From NCBI GenBank assembly GCA_965153355.1, contig OZ231126.1, positions 39,742,001 through 39,806,000 of the forward strand: DNA of 64,000 nucleotides. Direction: 5' to 3'. The position numbers were made by a program, and so were the translations under genes. The stretch comes from Flaccisagitta enflata (lineage: Eukaryota). A model generated the notes under the pieces. The model was not told the origin of the DNA. It worked only from the letters and a program-made list of their open reading frames with translations, and did not search any database. Of the stretch, positions 1-14,499 are shown piece by piece (within the stretch, counting starts at the first letter, position 1; each line of letters starts with the position of its first letter).

Positions 1-1513
1 TGAGACTGGTATTTGAACCTCATGGCTGGGATGTGAGCCTCAAGGCTGGGATTTGAGTCTCAAGCTTGGGATTTGAGTCTCAAGCTTGGGATTTGAGCTT
101 CGAGGCTAGGATTTGGGCCTCGAGGCTAGGATTTAGGCCTCCAGGCTAGGATTTGGGCCTAGAGACTAGGATTTGTGCCTTGAGACTAGGATTTGGGCCT
201 CTAGCCTCAAGAGGCCCTCTAGGCTTGGGAGGGCAGATTCAAAGGCCTGAGAGGGCAGATTTTGGGCCTGAACTGGCACATTTCAGGCGTGAGAGGGCAG
301 ATTCCAGGCCTGAGGAGGCCTGGGGGACAAAGGGATGGATGAATAAACAAATAAACAGACAAACAAAAGTTGCCCTGTGTTCCACAAGACTTTATCTCCT
401 TTGAGGCCGCCGCTCAAAAAGGGATCCAAAAAGTTCATTTGGGGCCTGAAAGGTCAGATTTAGGATACAAGATGTCGCTGTTGCCGTGAGGAAAAAAATT
501 GTAAGCATTGGTCACTTCTCACCAAGCTTTTATTTTCAGTCCCTGCATTTTTTACTTTGTTAGATCAAATTAAGAGCAAATTTATGTATTGATTGCACTG
601 AAAATCAGAGAAAAATAGAACTGAGCCAAATCAGCTAGATAAGTAAAAATACTCAAAATCACTCAACCAGATATCCAGCTATGCTCACTGAAATGCTTTC
701 TTGTATTTGCATGCTCAATTAAAACATTTATTCATCCCATTAAAAGTTAGGAAAACAAGGCCGGATACACAGCCAAAACCAGTTGCAGACAAGTGTGCAG
801 GGGCGAAAATGTGTTTTCACATTTTTCAACTCGTGCTCACGGACCAACAGAGGGATGGATCAACGGACCGATGGACGGACGGACAAAGGCACTTTTAGAG
901 TTGCGTGTCCGCAACTAAAAAGTGAGCTAAATGAGCTAAATGAGCTAAAATGCTGGTCTGCTCGCTGACATGCTCTCTTGTAGCTTCCTGCTCAAATGTA
1001 TTTCAAAATATTTATTCATTTGTTGCATTTAAAATCAAGAAAAAAAACTGAGCTAAATGAGCTAAATGAGCTAAAATGCTCCAAAACACCCTCAGAGATG
1101 AGCAGCTATGCTTGTAAACATGTTTTCATGTATTTGCGTGCTCAAACAAACTCAAATACACTTCTTTTATTGATCCGTTTCAAAATCATGAAAAATCAGA
1201 AAAAAATTCAATTTGAATTTTTCGTAAATAAATATTAAAAAATTCATAACGCGAAAAATATTTGCTGTAGAGCATTCTGCTTGGCGCCAGATGAAAGAGA
1301 ATTATCAAATTTACTTACCCTATCGATTTCGTCCAAGGGTGCAATCAGCCCTACGAGTGCCCCAACTTCCTTTTTCTGATTAAAAAAATCTCCGCGTGAC
1401 AAAAAATTTGCCAGCAAGCTATTTCAAGTCCCAACACATCATAAAACACTGGAAACATGGTCTGAGAAGGGGACATTGATGCCTGACTTTATAGGGCTAA
1501 CGGGGACAGTGTG
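1..1513. mobile_element. Partial right arm of a non-autonomous DNA transposon related to the 56514-61941 foldback element
   Basis: ~490-1330 aligns by eye to ~60630-61330 (gtaagcatt...tagatcaaat...gattgcactga...gagctaaatgagctaaatgagc...ggcgcca). It ends GGGGACAGTGTG (1513), whose reverse complement CACACTGTCCCCG resembles CACAGTGTCACG. 1-300 is a ~21-bp gggcct/ggctaggattt repeat. The left end is outside the window. Confidence 0.55.
755..921 (-). mobile_element. Helentron-associated (HINE/DINE-1-like) non-autonomous element
   Basis: acaaggccggatacac end, GACG/GGAC microsatellite, terminal hairpin agttgcgtgtccgcaact followed by an A-run. Confidence 0.7.
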
Positions 1514-1600
1514 AGGGGAGAAGGGGGGCGAGGGGTTGAGTCGTTGACGACTAATGTTGATCAAGTAATACCACCCATTTCTCATCTGGGCTTTCAAAAT

Positions 1601-1671
<71 letters not shown>

Positions 1672-2100
1672 CGGATCGTCACAGGGAGACATTTCACACA
1701 TTTCGTTTTAACCTTTTTTCTACTTTGGGACATGACAGATTAGTTCCTCTCTCCCCCCCCACACTTATTTTTTCCCCTTCCTATCTGAGGATATGGGAAA
1801 GGAAGAGGCTTTTCTCCCAGACCACCCTTTCCCCCTTTCCCCTGTATTGCTCTACGGACTAACGACGGATTTTAAGAGAAGCGCAGTTTTTTGGAACTCC
1901 AAAATTGCCGGAATATTTTGGGCATAATGAGGCCCCGAGAATCCATTAGTGCTCTACCTTGAAAAGAGAACTCCGAGGAGGAAAAAAGGGGGAATGCGCA
2001 AAAAAGGAAAGGAAAGACGCGGAAAACATTGAAAGAAAAAACACTAACGTGAAAAAAGGAGAGGAAATGGGAGAAAAATGAAAGGGTTCAGAACTGAAAA

Positions 2101-2259
2101 AACAAGGCCGGATACACGGCCACCAGTTGCGGACGGGTGGGCAGGGGCGGATATGCTCGTTTTCACACTTTTCGACTCGTGGTCACGGACGGACCGACCG
2201 ACGGACCGACGGACGGACGGACAAAGGCTCTTATAGAGTTGCGTGTCCGCAACTAAAAA
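2101..2259 (-). mobile_element. HINE/DINE-1-like element (complete short copy)
   Basis: Subterminal inverted repeat agttgcggac/gtccgcaact, 5' hairpin, (GTCC)n tract, 3' stem-loop ggccg-tgtatc-cggcc, inserted in a T/A run; this is the DINE-1/HINE architecture. Confidence 0.75.
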
Positions 2260-3352
2260 GGAACTTCAAATAAGGAGAAAAAGGAAAGAAAACAAGCCTT
2301 ACAGAATCGGAGATAGAGAAAGAACTCTCCAGATGCATAAAAAAGCGGACTGACGTTTCATGGATAAAGACAATAGGCAATACGCTTTTCTTTAAGAACC
2401 TCATTTCTTGAGCAAGCATTCAATGATCTTAAATTTTGAGCAGTTTAAGGTTTTAACGTTCTTAACTTGTTTTTTATTCAAACGCACTATTTAACCTTCA
2501 ATTAAGAACGTTCTTGATTAGTTTAAGTTTGTCATTAAGGAGAAAATGTTAATAAAACAATATAGCAGCAGGTTTAAACATTTTAACTGAATTAAAATCA
2601 ATAAAAGTAGAAAGATATATGCTATATAAATTGAGACATGATTTGCTGAACAGAGTCTGTCTATCTATGAAGAACAATCGATTAAAAAAAAGCCCCCAAA
2701 AAATGTTCTTATATTTTAAAGATTTAAAGCTTAATATTCCTAAATTTTTTAAGAATTCAAGCCTTCCAATATCTTAGCATGTTCTTAAATTTTTGACGAT
2801 TTGAAGCCTAACGTTACAAACTTACATAGGAGAATTCTCAGAACACTCGTTGCTTAGGTGAAGCTTATATTATCTTAGTGTTAACCAGATTTGATTTTTT
2901 TTTCAAGATTATTTTTTTCTTGATTGAAAACTAGAAAAGTCTGTCACTCCTTTGGCTGTGAAGAGAAAAAAATACTCTACTGGAATCCTTATTGGATAAC
3001 CCATTCAGACAAGTATTTTGACCAGCCAAAGCAGGAAAAAAAATTAATCAAAGGTAAATAAAACAATTAAAAAAGTGAGGTTCATTATTTCAGATTTTAT
3101 AAACTTGGTTCCTATAAAAAAAAGCGTAGATAATAGAGGCCAGAGATGACCATTGCACGGAGCCACGGACAGAAATCTAGGTATCAACTCGTTACCAGCT
3201 ACCATTTTAAGTTGTGAAGACGTGATGACATCGAAGGTACAAATGGGTTGTAGAATACGTAAGACGCTGAACATTTTGTCAAGCCAATTGTCAGGCCATG
3301 GGAACCTTAGCTGCAAAGAAGGGTTGAAATGAGCTTGACCATGTCATTGAAA

Positions 3353-4841
3353 CAGGGCCGTGGAGAGGGGGGTCATTCCCCTCTGATAAGGGGAAACTGG
3401 GCCCTAGGGGGGCCCAGGGGCCCCTTGAGGAAGAAGAAAAAATAAAGGAAAAGAAAGAGAGAGAAAAAGAGAGAAAAACTAGTCATCCAAGGATCGCACA
3501 TGGTCAGCGGAACCCGATGCCCTGCTAGGAGTGATCAACTGAAGAAGTGGAGTGAGAGCAGGGCAGCGGCCCCAAAGGGCCGATGTCCTGTAGGACACAG
3601 GGGTGAATTTCCAGACGTCCTGAGAAGGCACATTAAAGGGCTGACATGCTTGATTTTGAGCCTGACAAGGCTGATTTAGGGTATCAGAGAGCTAATTTTG
3701 GAGCTGAAAGGGCTGATTTTGGGCCTGAGAGGACTGATTTTGGGCCTGAGAGGGCTGATTTTGGGCTTGAGAGGGCTGATTTTGGGCTTGAGAGGGCTGA
3801 TTTTGGGCTAATTTGGAGCTAATTTTGGAGCTGAAAGAGCTGATTTTGGGCCTGAGAGGGCTGATTTTGCGTCTGAGAGGGCTGATTTTGGGCCTGAGAG
3901 GGCTGATTTTGGGCTTGAGAGGGCTGATTTTGGGCTTGAGAGGGCTGATTTGGGGTCTGAGAGGGCTGATTTGGGGTCTGAGAGGGGCCTCGGGGGGGGG
4001 AGGGACGGACGGACGGACGGACGGACGTACGGACGTCTGGAAATTCACCCCTGTGTCCTACAGGACATCGGCCCTTTGGGGCCGCTGCCCAAAAAGAGAA
4101 AGAAACAGGGGAAAGGTAAAAAGAGTTGAGTGATTACGATCCAGTTCAGATTAAATCATGCTTGGGCCTCATTGGTCTTTCGATAAAGTGAGGGCCTATT
4201 TAGATCAAATCAAATCTGCTTTTTGAAATAATCTTACATACCAACCTTTTCAAAGATAAAACATAAATTACTTTTAAAAGGGCCCCTAATTCAGACAAAT
4301 TTGGACACCTGTTAAAGTGACGAACAATTTCTAATGACATTTTTAGTCGCAGACACAGAACTCTTCACCTTGCCATGTTGGTTGTTTGGTCAATGGTCGG
4401 TTAGTCTGTCCCTTAACATTTTTGAATTTTAAGTGGTTGTCACATTACTGCTCTTGCTCAACCGTCCGCGACAGGATTGTCTTGTACCCAGATTTGTTTG
4501 AATTTATTGACAGTATTTTGCAATGTTTTGTATTTTTATCAGTTTTTGCTATTCAGTTCTTAAACTTTTACAACCAATATTTGCAATCTAGTAAAGGTGT
4601 TTTTGTGATTTTTTTTTTCAATAAAAAAAAGAAAAAAAGAAATTTCAGCAAATACTAATACCAGGTTGAAAATCCTTGAGGCAGATGTTTGAGCACTTTT
4701 CAAAGACACATATTGATGAAACAAAACTAAAAATTCAATGAGTGGGGGGGGGGGAAGGTAGGTGGCATGAGGAGAAGGGGAAAGGGAAGGGGCCGGGCAT
4801 ATGGGCCAGAGGGGGGCCCGCCATTTCTCTCCACGGCCCTG
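3353..4841. mobile_element. hAT-like MITE carrying nested insertions
   Basis: 15-bp TIR cagggccgtggagag / ctctccacggccctg with GC-rich gggccc subterminal motifs; no clean TSD seen. Confidence 0.5.
3480..4095. mobile_element. Non-autonomous element family 2 (about 60-bp internal inverted repeat around a 21-bp minisatellite)
   Basis: gggcagcggccccaaagggccgatgtcctgtaggacacaggggtgaatttccagacgtcc at ~3561 and its reverse complement ending 4090, flanking (gggcctgagagggctgatttt)n; related copies at ~26160-26430, ~38900-39160, ~39412-39460 and 59311-59638. Confidence 0.65.
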
Positions 4842-5485
4842 AAATGTGAACTCCAAGAGATGGGCATAAAGAATAAAGAAATTAAGATCTGCTGCTAATG
4901 AAATTATGAATGGGTAAACAGAAATCATAATGCCAAGGTGCTAAGCGACTCTAACTCTAACCTACTGTGTCTGTCTGTTGGTAGGTCGGTTGGTTGGTCT
5001 GTCGGTTGGTAGGTCGGTTGGTCGGTCACGATGCTGCCTAAATGTTAAGATAGCCTATTTCATCACTGCCTGTGCCCATCCACACGCAACTTGCGTAGCC
5101 GTGTATCCGCCTATAGCTATCTATCCAACCTTGCTGGTTTGCCCGTCGGTCAGTCGATCCATCCGGTGGTCACATTTGCATTTGTCCATTTAGCGTATTT
5201 TGGGCGTCGCTGGCAAAAGGCTTGACTGACCTTTATCATCACTGCCGCAGCCTACCCGCACGCGACTGAGGCTACGTTTCCGGCCTTGTTTGTTAAACAA
5301 ATAACCGAACTGATATTCTTCAGCTATGAAGGCTTTGTGTATCATTTTAACCGCTCCAAGTTTGTTTTGTTTTTTTACAGATTCTGACAGAAATCTAGAA
5401 AAAGAGATTTTCTTTTCGACTTTGCAAAATCCGGGAAAAAACATCGCCTTCTCACCTACGCAAAGGCCAACAAGGAAAGAGAGAG

Positions 5486-5577
<92 letters not shown>

Positions 5578-6341
5578 CGAAAGGTTTTTTTTTTCTTTCT
5601 AAACACAAACGACGGGGATCAGCCGAAAACAAAAGGATAGGTTAGCCGGCATTCTTCCATCACCCATCCCCCCACCCCTTTGACATATCCCATTCTTCCC
5701 CCCTCCATCCATCGAGCTTAGCCGGCATTCTTCCACCACTCACTAAAACTGAACAAAACTTCCTCATTATGGTTACCCTTTTATTTTCCCCCTTCGCAGT
5801 ACATCGTCTAATCCCCCGGTGGAAAGAAAAATACCTGAGTAATGCAACTCTCTCGCGAGTGTGAAAAGTGGAAACTTCGATCCGAGGATTTTTTTGGACT
5901 TTTTGACGTGGATCTTAAAACCTGGCAAGAAAAGTAAAGAAAATACCTTCATTCATATGAAATATTTGGAATGACTTTATAATGGACCATTCATAATTTT
6001 CCGTCTAACATCATTGGACAACTGATAAAAAAAAGTGAGACTACACCTTTCCTCTGTGTATAATTTGCTTTTGAAGTTCCATTAACATCCGTTGGGTTTT
6101 CTCGTCTTCATCTTCCTCTCCCCAAGTTTTCTTTTCGAGCAGAAAGACGAAATTAAAAAAATATTTCAAAAGATTAAAACGGAACTGCTGTGGCCTTCGA
6201 TAATTCTGAGTGTGTTACCTTTGAGAGCCTTTTTCCACTTCTTTGTTCTCCGCATGATGGAACTTAAAAATCCTGCAACTTGTTTGCATTGATTCTACAA
6301 TAGAACAGGCTAAACTATCTGAATATATCCCATCATCTTAA

Positions 6342-6348
<7 letters not shown>

Positions 6349-6432
<84 letters not shown>
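6349..6432. repeat. (CAT)n microsatellite
   Basis: Perfect trinucleotide run. Confidence 0.95.
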
Positions 6433-7039
6433 ACTACTGTACGTGTTTATATCGTCACCAATCCCAACCCCTCCACCCATCCTAATGCTAACAACCTACT
6501 CACAAGCGCCACTAATCATCGCAGCATGGTTCAAAGGGGTAAACCTACAACCAACGTCAGCATGCAGCAATCAATATGCAGCAATAACCTTTGCTGCAAT
6601 GTTGTGTGCAATGCCGGTTCTCGTGGCAACAACAACTCAGCCTCTCTCAACCTTGGGACAAAGGCTCATAGGCATGATGATTTTTTTTTATCATCGTTCT
6701 GAATTTTTTCAATGTCACTTAAACACCAACTAACTATCTTCAAACTGTGCATGCTTATTAAAGTTATTTGGCTCGTACTGGTGATTTATTAACAAAGTCA
6801 CATCGGACAGTTTTAGGTAAACTTGCATATCCTCGTAACCACATTATCTTTTTTCGTATACACTCTGAATTTGGCAACTAGAAAATGTACTAGTGAGCAA
6901 TTCCAGTAATTATCTTGAAGCAAATCGGTTTCACTGAGTAAAAAAACTGCGCATGACTGCGTAAAAACCTGCTCACAGATATTCCAAAAGCCCTAAAAAC
7001 AAACAAATTAACGGATTACACAACCAACGGACGGATGGT

Positions 7040-7150
7040 GGTAAGGGGTTGTTTGGGGGTGGTAAGGGATTGTTTGGGGGTGGTTAGGGGTTGTTTGGGG
7101 GTTTTAAGGGGTTGTTTGGGGGTGGTAGGGGTTGTTTGGGGGTGCTGGGG
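7040..7150. repeat. ~21-bp G-rich minisatellite (ggggttgtttgggggtggtaa)
   Basis: About five tandem degenerate units. Confidence 0.8.
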
Positions 7151-8117
7151 TTTGTTGGGAGAAATAACCCGATTTTAGGGCCCATGCGTAGACGGACAGA
7201 CGGACCTACCAAACCATTGACAAAGTGAGTTAAAGATGCCATGAGTGTGAGACTCCCTCGGGAATTGACTTTCTTTTTGTCTGAACCTTTGTTCACCCAT
7301 TGGGAAATCAGCCTGGCACTCTATCCGAGGAGTCAGCTTTTTGCGGCTCCATCAGGACCCAATTCTTAAATTTCTTTGAATCATTTGTCTCAGGGCTGTG
7401 AAGCCATGTCCGATATTCCCTTTTAAGCACTAACATGGTGCCACTTTGGGGTGGGGGACGTAATAGAACATGGTTTTGGCTTTGTCACTCGGACATATGA
7501 TTAAAAAGAGTGCGCAATCACATATCCCTCTTATGTTATCTTATGTTATTTGTGAAAGGAAAACAGCATGCGATCACAACATTTACCTCCGTGCCACATC
7601 CCATATTTGCATTGAAATGAATGAGGAGGAGGAAAAGCATGATGAAACTGTTATATTTACTATAGGGATGTTATATTTACGATAGAGAATGAAGGTTTGG
7701 CACGGAGGTAGCCATGGTAAATACTAAATACCCAGTAAGAAAATATGAAAGGGGAAGACGAGATAAAGTAGAACGGATACTTGGCTACTAAAATCACGCG
7801 CGGTTGGGCAGGAGCAGAGATTTTGGAAGGTAAATCAAGCACTTTGGTAGAAGCAGTGATGAAGAGGACGCCCGTCAATACTGAAAAAGCTAAACGTGAA
7901 CGACAGTCTACGAACCGACAGACAGACAGACCGACAGAGCAACTTGTAATGTCAGCTTTCACAGGACCAAGGAGAAACGGTAGAAATTGATAGAAGCCAA
8001 TGCACTGATGGCTGTGGAATCCTGAAAATGCTGTTTTGCTTAGGTCTAATGGACCATTCATGTTTCCTTTTGTTTTCTCTTTTTCTCTCTTTTTCACAAA
8101 AAAAAGAATTCTAAAGA

Positions 8118-8539
8118 ATGACACCATTAACCTTGACCAACAATCCGTTCTGGACGGCCGTTTTATTGGCTGAGAGTCAACAGCAGCAACATCGTCAACA
8201 ACAACAACATCAAAGGCAACTAGATCAGCACCGACAACATAAACAAAAACAACAACAGTATCTCACAACCCAGACATTCGACACCTCAGATTCGTCATCA
8301 TCATTGACTTTTTCTCCTCCGTCGGATTATATTTTACATCATCCAAAACACAATGACAGCAATGGTAAAACCTCCGTAGCTGCAGCAGCTGCAGGTGCAG
8401 CAACGTCGTCGCCGTCATCGTTTGCAGCAAAAACGACGACGACGACGACGACGAGGACGACTGAAGGCACCCACGAGGGTGGAATCAGAGAATCCAGGTC
8501 AAGGCTGAGAAGAAGTAATGGAAGCAACGGAGGGGGAAG
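8118..8539 (+). CDS. Candidate N-terminal exon A of the DUSP gene (Q/S/A/T-rich, MTPLTLTNNPFW...NGGGR)
   Basis: Open 140-codon frame, consensus donor AG|GTAAGT at 8539/8540 in phase 2, matching the phase-2 acceptor at 41529; pyrimidine tract and AG just upstream. The link to the DUSP is inferred from phase only. Confidence 0.55.
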
Positions 8540-8581
8540 GTAAGTCAACGATGATGGATGGTTTGTTATACTTGTGCTGCA

Positions 8582-8760
<179 letters not shown>

Positions 8761-9234
8761 CGGCAACAGTTTTTTCTCTCAATGACGTTTTCACAAATCG
8801 TCTTAGGCAGACTAAAGAAGTGCGAAATGAGATTTCCAAATGTCTAAAGTGGTTTTCTCGCCTCAAACGTGTCGCTTCTGCTGTTGTTGCAGGTGCTGCT
8901 GCTGTTTTTGCTGTTGCTGCCGATGTCACAATGATGCTACTCTTTCTCAGCCTCTGACCTCTCAAAATTCACTTCTTTTTCTCTCCCTCAAGAAAAAGAC
9001 AGGGAAAAAAAGCAAGGCCGGATACACGACCCTACAGTTGCGGACGGTTGGGCAGTTGCTGTAATGCGAAAACGGCTCGCTAATTGAAAATGATACAGAC
9101 CAATACACTGACCAACCCACGGCCCATAAGATTAAATTGCACTGGTTAACATTCCGACAGCTTATCAAAAATGGTATCATGGCAAGAAAAGAAAAAAAAA
9201 TGAAAGACGGAAAGAAAGGAAGAAAGAAAGAATG

Positions 9235-9500
<266 letters not shown>

Positions 9501-9622
9501 AGGAAGAAACGAGAAAAAGCCATGAAAGGGATAGTCTCCTGTTTTTGCGCTTCATTTCACAAAACCAGGACGGGAGAAAGAAGAGAATTGGACGCCCGGA
9601 TATCTATGCCTGTGAAGGAGAA

Positions 9623-9691
<69 letters not shown>

Positions 9692-9817
9692 AAAAAGCCG
9701 ATAAAAAAAGTAAAAAAAAAAATTTTGCCTGGATCATAGTGAGCACAACAGACATACAGAATATTCCAACTTTTCGAGGAGCCTAAATTCTCTTTTGAAA
9801 TTTCTGACACACCATAT

Positions 9818-9952
9818 TTTTGGGTGCGACAAAGCACCTTTATAACTGGCTGTGTCCGTTGGTTGGTTGGTCGGTCGGTCGGTTGGTTGGTCCGTAACGC
9901 ATTCGATCGACGGTCCACATGTCGCACCTTATTGGCCTACTTGGCCTTGTTT
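9818..9952 (+). mobile_element. HINE-like element, ggtgcgac subfamily
   Basis: 5' hairpin ggtgcgacaaagcacc, GTYG/GGTT microsatellite, subTIR gtcgcacc, 3' stem ggcctacttggcc then ttgttt; other copies at ~21115-21200 (+) and 21568-21693 (-). Confidence 0.7.
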
Positions 9953-10732
9953 TCTATCTAGTATCCCCATCCAGTTAACAAGGCCAGATACACGGCTACC
10001 AAAGTCACATGCGGGTGGACAGGGGCAGTGATAAAAATGGCTAAATAAGCTTTTTGGCAGGAGCTGCAATGCAAAAACTGCCTGTAAACGCCGAAAAAGC
10101 TTAGCATCACCGATGAAGCGACCAACCGAACAACTAAAGATACATACGTGTGGGAAAAAATGTTGCAGAATCATTAAAAGACATTGCTAAAACGTCCATC
10201 TTCACTGCTCCTCCATTAGTTCTTTCTTCCTTCTGTTTTTCCTTGCTTCGTTTCTTTTGTTCTTTCTTGCTTTCTTCGCCCCTTCTTTTCTTCTATTCTT
10301 TTCTTTTCTTTTCTATTCTTTCATTTTCTTACTTTTCTTTTCTTTTCTTTTCTTCTCTTTTTTCTTCTTTTTTTTCCCTTCCATTTTCTCTCTTTTCTTC
10401 ACAGCTTTTCTTTTCTCTTTCTTTTCTTTCTAAAATTTTCCGACAGCCTCATGCCTTTCCGGGAAGCGGCGCTGCCCGCTCTTCCATAATCTGTATGTCT
10501 GGAGCCCAAATGGCTACTGCATGGGGCCACAGTTTTGGGTATCAGCCAACTAAGCCATAGGACCACAACCACGAACCACTGTGGTTAGTTTGCGTCGACT
10601 TGTTGGCGTTGCTCTTGAATTTCTTCAGGGGTTAACCCGATCCTTGTTTCAGTTGATCGTTCTTTTTTTTTGTATCTGTCTAAAGGTCAGTCTGTAAGTC
10701 CGTCTTTATGTTCGTCTGTCTGTCTGTCTGTC

Positions 10733-10882
<150 letters not shown>

Positions 10883-11862
10883 ATTCCATGTCCCTTTCAC
10901 CGTTACAGTTTCTCTTCCCATAAAAAAGCATTATCTTGTTCGATTTTCGAGGATGTCGATTGATCAATTCCTGAATTTATATTTCATCTAACAAACGAAG
11001 AAATCAATTGGTAGCGTGGTGTAGGGGTAGTGATTGAGCTTGCCGTGGCAAGGCCACTGTTTCTGATCCGGGTCTTGCTTCTCTTTTTACGGATTCAGCG
11101 GTGTTCAAAAAGAAGCGAAATTGTTTAGACCAGCGGAGAACATGTTTTGATTTTTTTGACCAGCTTCTTGACGATGGACTGGGCAATGGGCACAGATTTG
11201 TAATCAGCTTGTGATCTACTATTCACTGAATTTTTAGTAGGGATTTTGAGGGTAACCCGAACTCCACCTTAAGTTGCAAATCTAATACAAAGATATCAAT
11301 TTGACGAGCGTTGTAGTCGTTTAAAGTTAGGTAGAATGTCCCTTTAATCATGTGAGAGGGGCAGTGTTTTGAAGGTTTTTTTTTTTTCGGCACAAATGCC
11401 ATCAATGATCAATGTACATTTTATGATGATATTCAGGGCATTCGTTTTATTTATTTATACGTTTTATTTACTTATTTACTTCTTATTTGATAAGATACAC
11501 ATAAGGTACACATAAAAAAGACGTTATTCCCTTTCCATGGGAAGCGGTCGTAAGTTTTATAAGGTTTTATTCCCTATAATCAGCTGTTTCTTCTTTTTTT
11601 ATCACCTCGTAAAAAAGCAATTACTGCAGAGCGTAGTAATAGAAAATTGCGGGAAAGAAACGTTAAGTTTGATGGCCCCGTTGATCGCAATTTCGACGAC
11701 AGTCTTGATGAAAGCCTTGATGGTAGACTAGATGACAGTCTTTGTTGCAAACACGATGACAGCCCGGATGGCAGTCATGAAAACAGCCTTGATCAGAGTC
11801 TTTAAAACAGTCTTTGTTGCAAACATGATGTCAGCCTTGATAGACTTTATTTAGGAGTGCCT

Positions 11863-11920
<58 letters not shown>

Positions 11921-13407
11921 AGAGAGAGAGAGAGCCAGAGAGAGGACAGAGAGCCAGAGAGAGGACAGAGAGCCAGAGAGAGGACAGAGAGCCAGAGAGA
12001 GGACAGAGAGCCAGAGATACTGACAGACAAACTGTTGAAAAAAAAAAAAGACAGACTAATAGACTCAAAACACTGATGATGCGATGATTCATGCAATGGG
12101 TAAGGCAACTCCATTTGGGCTTTTCATGATCACCAATTGTCAAAAATGATCAATTGGTTTTTCCATGTTTAGTTTTTCTGTCTTGATTGTTTCCTCAACT
12201 TTCATCCTGCTCAAACCGAGATTTAGAATGCTGACGTTGTCTTTTTTCTTCAATCTGTGCCTCATCAGTTTTCCCACCCTTCGCGTAGGAGTGGGTTTCA
12301 AAGATAATCCTCAGCTTATGGTACGGCACTTTCATTCGGGCTCAAGAGGTCAGTTTTGGGTATGCAGGCAATTTCAGTGGATTCGAAACTGATCCATCTA
12401 ATACAGATGCTACTAAAGCTCCTTATCACTTAGCGTCTTTTGAATTTGAAGCATCAATTTTATTTTAAACAACATTTTGTCAATTACAGGCGGCTGTGAT
12501 TTCTATGACTGATTGATGCATACAGTATTTTGTTTATGACCAGTATGTTGGATCAAAGTTAACTGTATGATATAGTTATATACCTATTATGTTTTGTCCA
12601 CTTACTGTCCATTGTTATTCCAATTGATCAATTATCTCGTACATTCAGTATCAGAGTCACTTGCAAGCTATTAGCAAATTTGATAATCATGGACTGGATG
12701 AGAGTTGATTGCAAGCGCAACTGCAAGCGCAACTGCATAAAAGTTCCCAACGAACTTTTTGCAATCTGCTGGAGAGTTTTTTGCGGTTTTAATTGGTTGT
12801 AAGTTGCTCTCGAGATGTTATCACGTCGCTTGCTCAAATATTGTTCTTAAGTTACTTGCTTGTTCCTCAAGAGTTGTTTCCAAGTTGCTTGAGTGTTGCT
12901 CGCAAATTGGGTTTTTCGTGGTTTGCATACTGCTCTAAAGTTGCTTGTGAATTGCCCACAGTTGGTTGCGAGTTTCTTGGAAATTACTCGCAAAATTGCT
13001 GGTTATATGCTTGCTGATTGCTTGTAAGTTGCTTACTTGTTGCAGTCGAAGTTCGACTTTCTCGCGATTACGTAGGAGGATTAACTCATTCTCTTTCGGC
13101 CTTTGCCTGACGAACTTCGTGGGCGCGAAAACACAAAATGAAAGAAAGTCAAAAGAAAGCCAAAAGAAAGTAAAAGAATGCGAAAGAAAACAAATTGTAA
13201 GGCGAAAACTGAAATCATAGATGATGCGAAAAAAAACAGAGGAAAAAACATGGGAGAACCGAAAACGAAATCGAAAAAGATTCGAATAAAAAAGGAAGAA
13301 ACGAAAATTACAATGAAAAAGAAAGAAAAAGAAAGGAAAAAGGATAGTCTCAATCGTAACGAGATGAAAATTTGCAAATGAAAAATAAGCAGACACAGTG
13401 GGCCTTA

Positions 13408-14321
13408 CACCGTCTTTAAATCGAATTGAGTTATGTTAAACCTTTATAAATCCTAAACTACTTGGCAAAAAGTCTTCAAATTTTCAGAGAATGTTGGAAA
13501 TATACTGCGGTTTTGTTAAGCAAAACTTCAATTTTTGGTCATGGAAAGGTGAGGATCTGCAAATCAATGAAAAAAGTGGATTTTTAGTCGCGGACACGCG
13601 ACTCTACAACTTGCCGTGTCGGTCGGTAGGTCGGTCGGTCCGTCCGTCCGTAACATTTTTGAATTCCGAGCGGTTTTCGCATTACTGCTCCCGCCCAACC
13701 GTCCGGACTGGATTGCCGTGTATCCGGCCTTGTTAAGAGCAAAATCACTTATTTCATGGGTTTTTTTGAAAACAGTTGTTAATATAAACTTACCATTTCA
13801 AAATACATTGAGCTGGAACCCTGAGACTGGTCTCCAATTTAAAAGAAAAGATCGTATTTTTTAGTTTTGGCAAAATTTTTGACCATTTCTTACATTTATG
13901 AAGATTTTGATCAATTTTCCAGAATTTGAAGTCTGCATGACAAAAGAATTTTTTTTTCAAATCAATCAAAACCTCTTGAAATATCCAAATTTTCTAAAAA
14001 AATTTTGACAGAATTGAAATCTATGATATATTGTCTGCCATTTGAGACCTTCCCCGGGGGTATAGCTTTTTTACTTTAGAAATAGCATGCAAATAAAGAA
14101 AGCTTCTTTGCGGAAGAAAATATAGAAGAATTGTCGCTGCTTCAAAAGTGAATTTTATTTGATGTTTTGCCAATCCTGAACTGTCTTATACTCTAATTAG
14201 AGGTTTTGTATAACAAAACCGTAGTATGTTGCCAACATTCTCTGAAAATTTGAAGACTTTTTGCCAAGTAGTTTAGGATTTATAAAGGTTTAACATAACT
14301 CAATTCGATTTAAAGACGGTG
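13408..14321. mobile_element. Tc1/mariner-type MITE (TA TSD)
   Basis: About 90-bp near-perfect TIR caccgtctttaaatcgaattgag...gagaatgttg, flanked by TA on both sides; removing it restores the host TIR. Confidence 0.85.
13582..13733 (+). mobile_element. HINE-like element, agtcgcggac subfamily
   Basis: tttttagtcgcggacacgcgact ... (GTCG/GTCC)n ... gccgtgtatccggccttgtt. Confidence 0.75.
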
Positions 14322-14499
14322 TAATCGGATACGAGTTCAAAAAAAATCCCCAATGGTAGAGACTGGCATAGGAAGGTACATTTTACAGCAGAGAATTGAT
14401 TTCAATCCTTGAAAAAAAATATTCCCTTGAAAATCTTTTGAGAGAGTTACTAAAAAGTTTAAAATTTTTCAAATATTTGATACAGATCTTTAGGATTTA

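Noticed and set aside
6443-6733. 96-aa ORF upstream of exon A
   Set aside because: Non-ATG start, no clear splice boundaries or motifs.
11010-11075. tRNA/SINE-like head (ggtagcgtggtgtaggggtag...)
   Set aside because: Only an A-box-like motif; no convincing B-box, cloverleaf or second copy.
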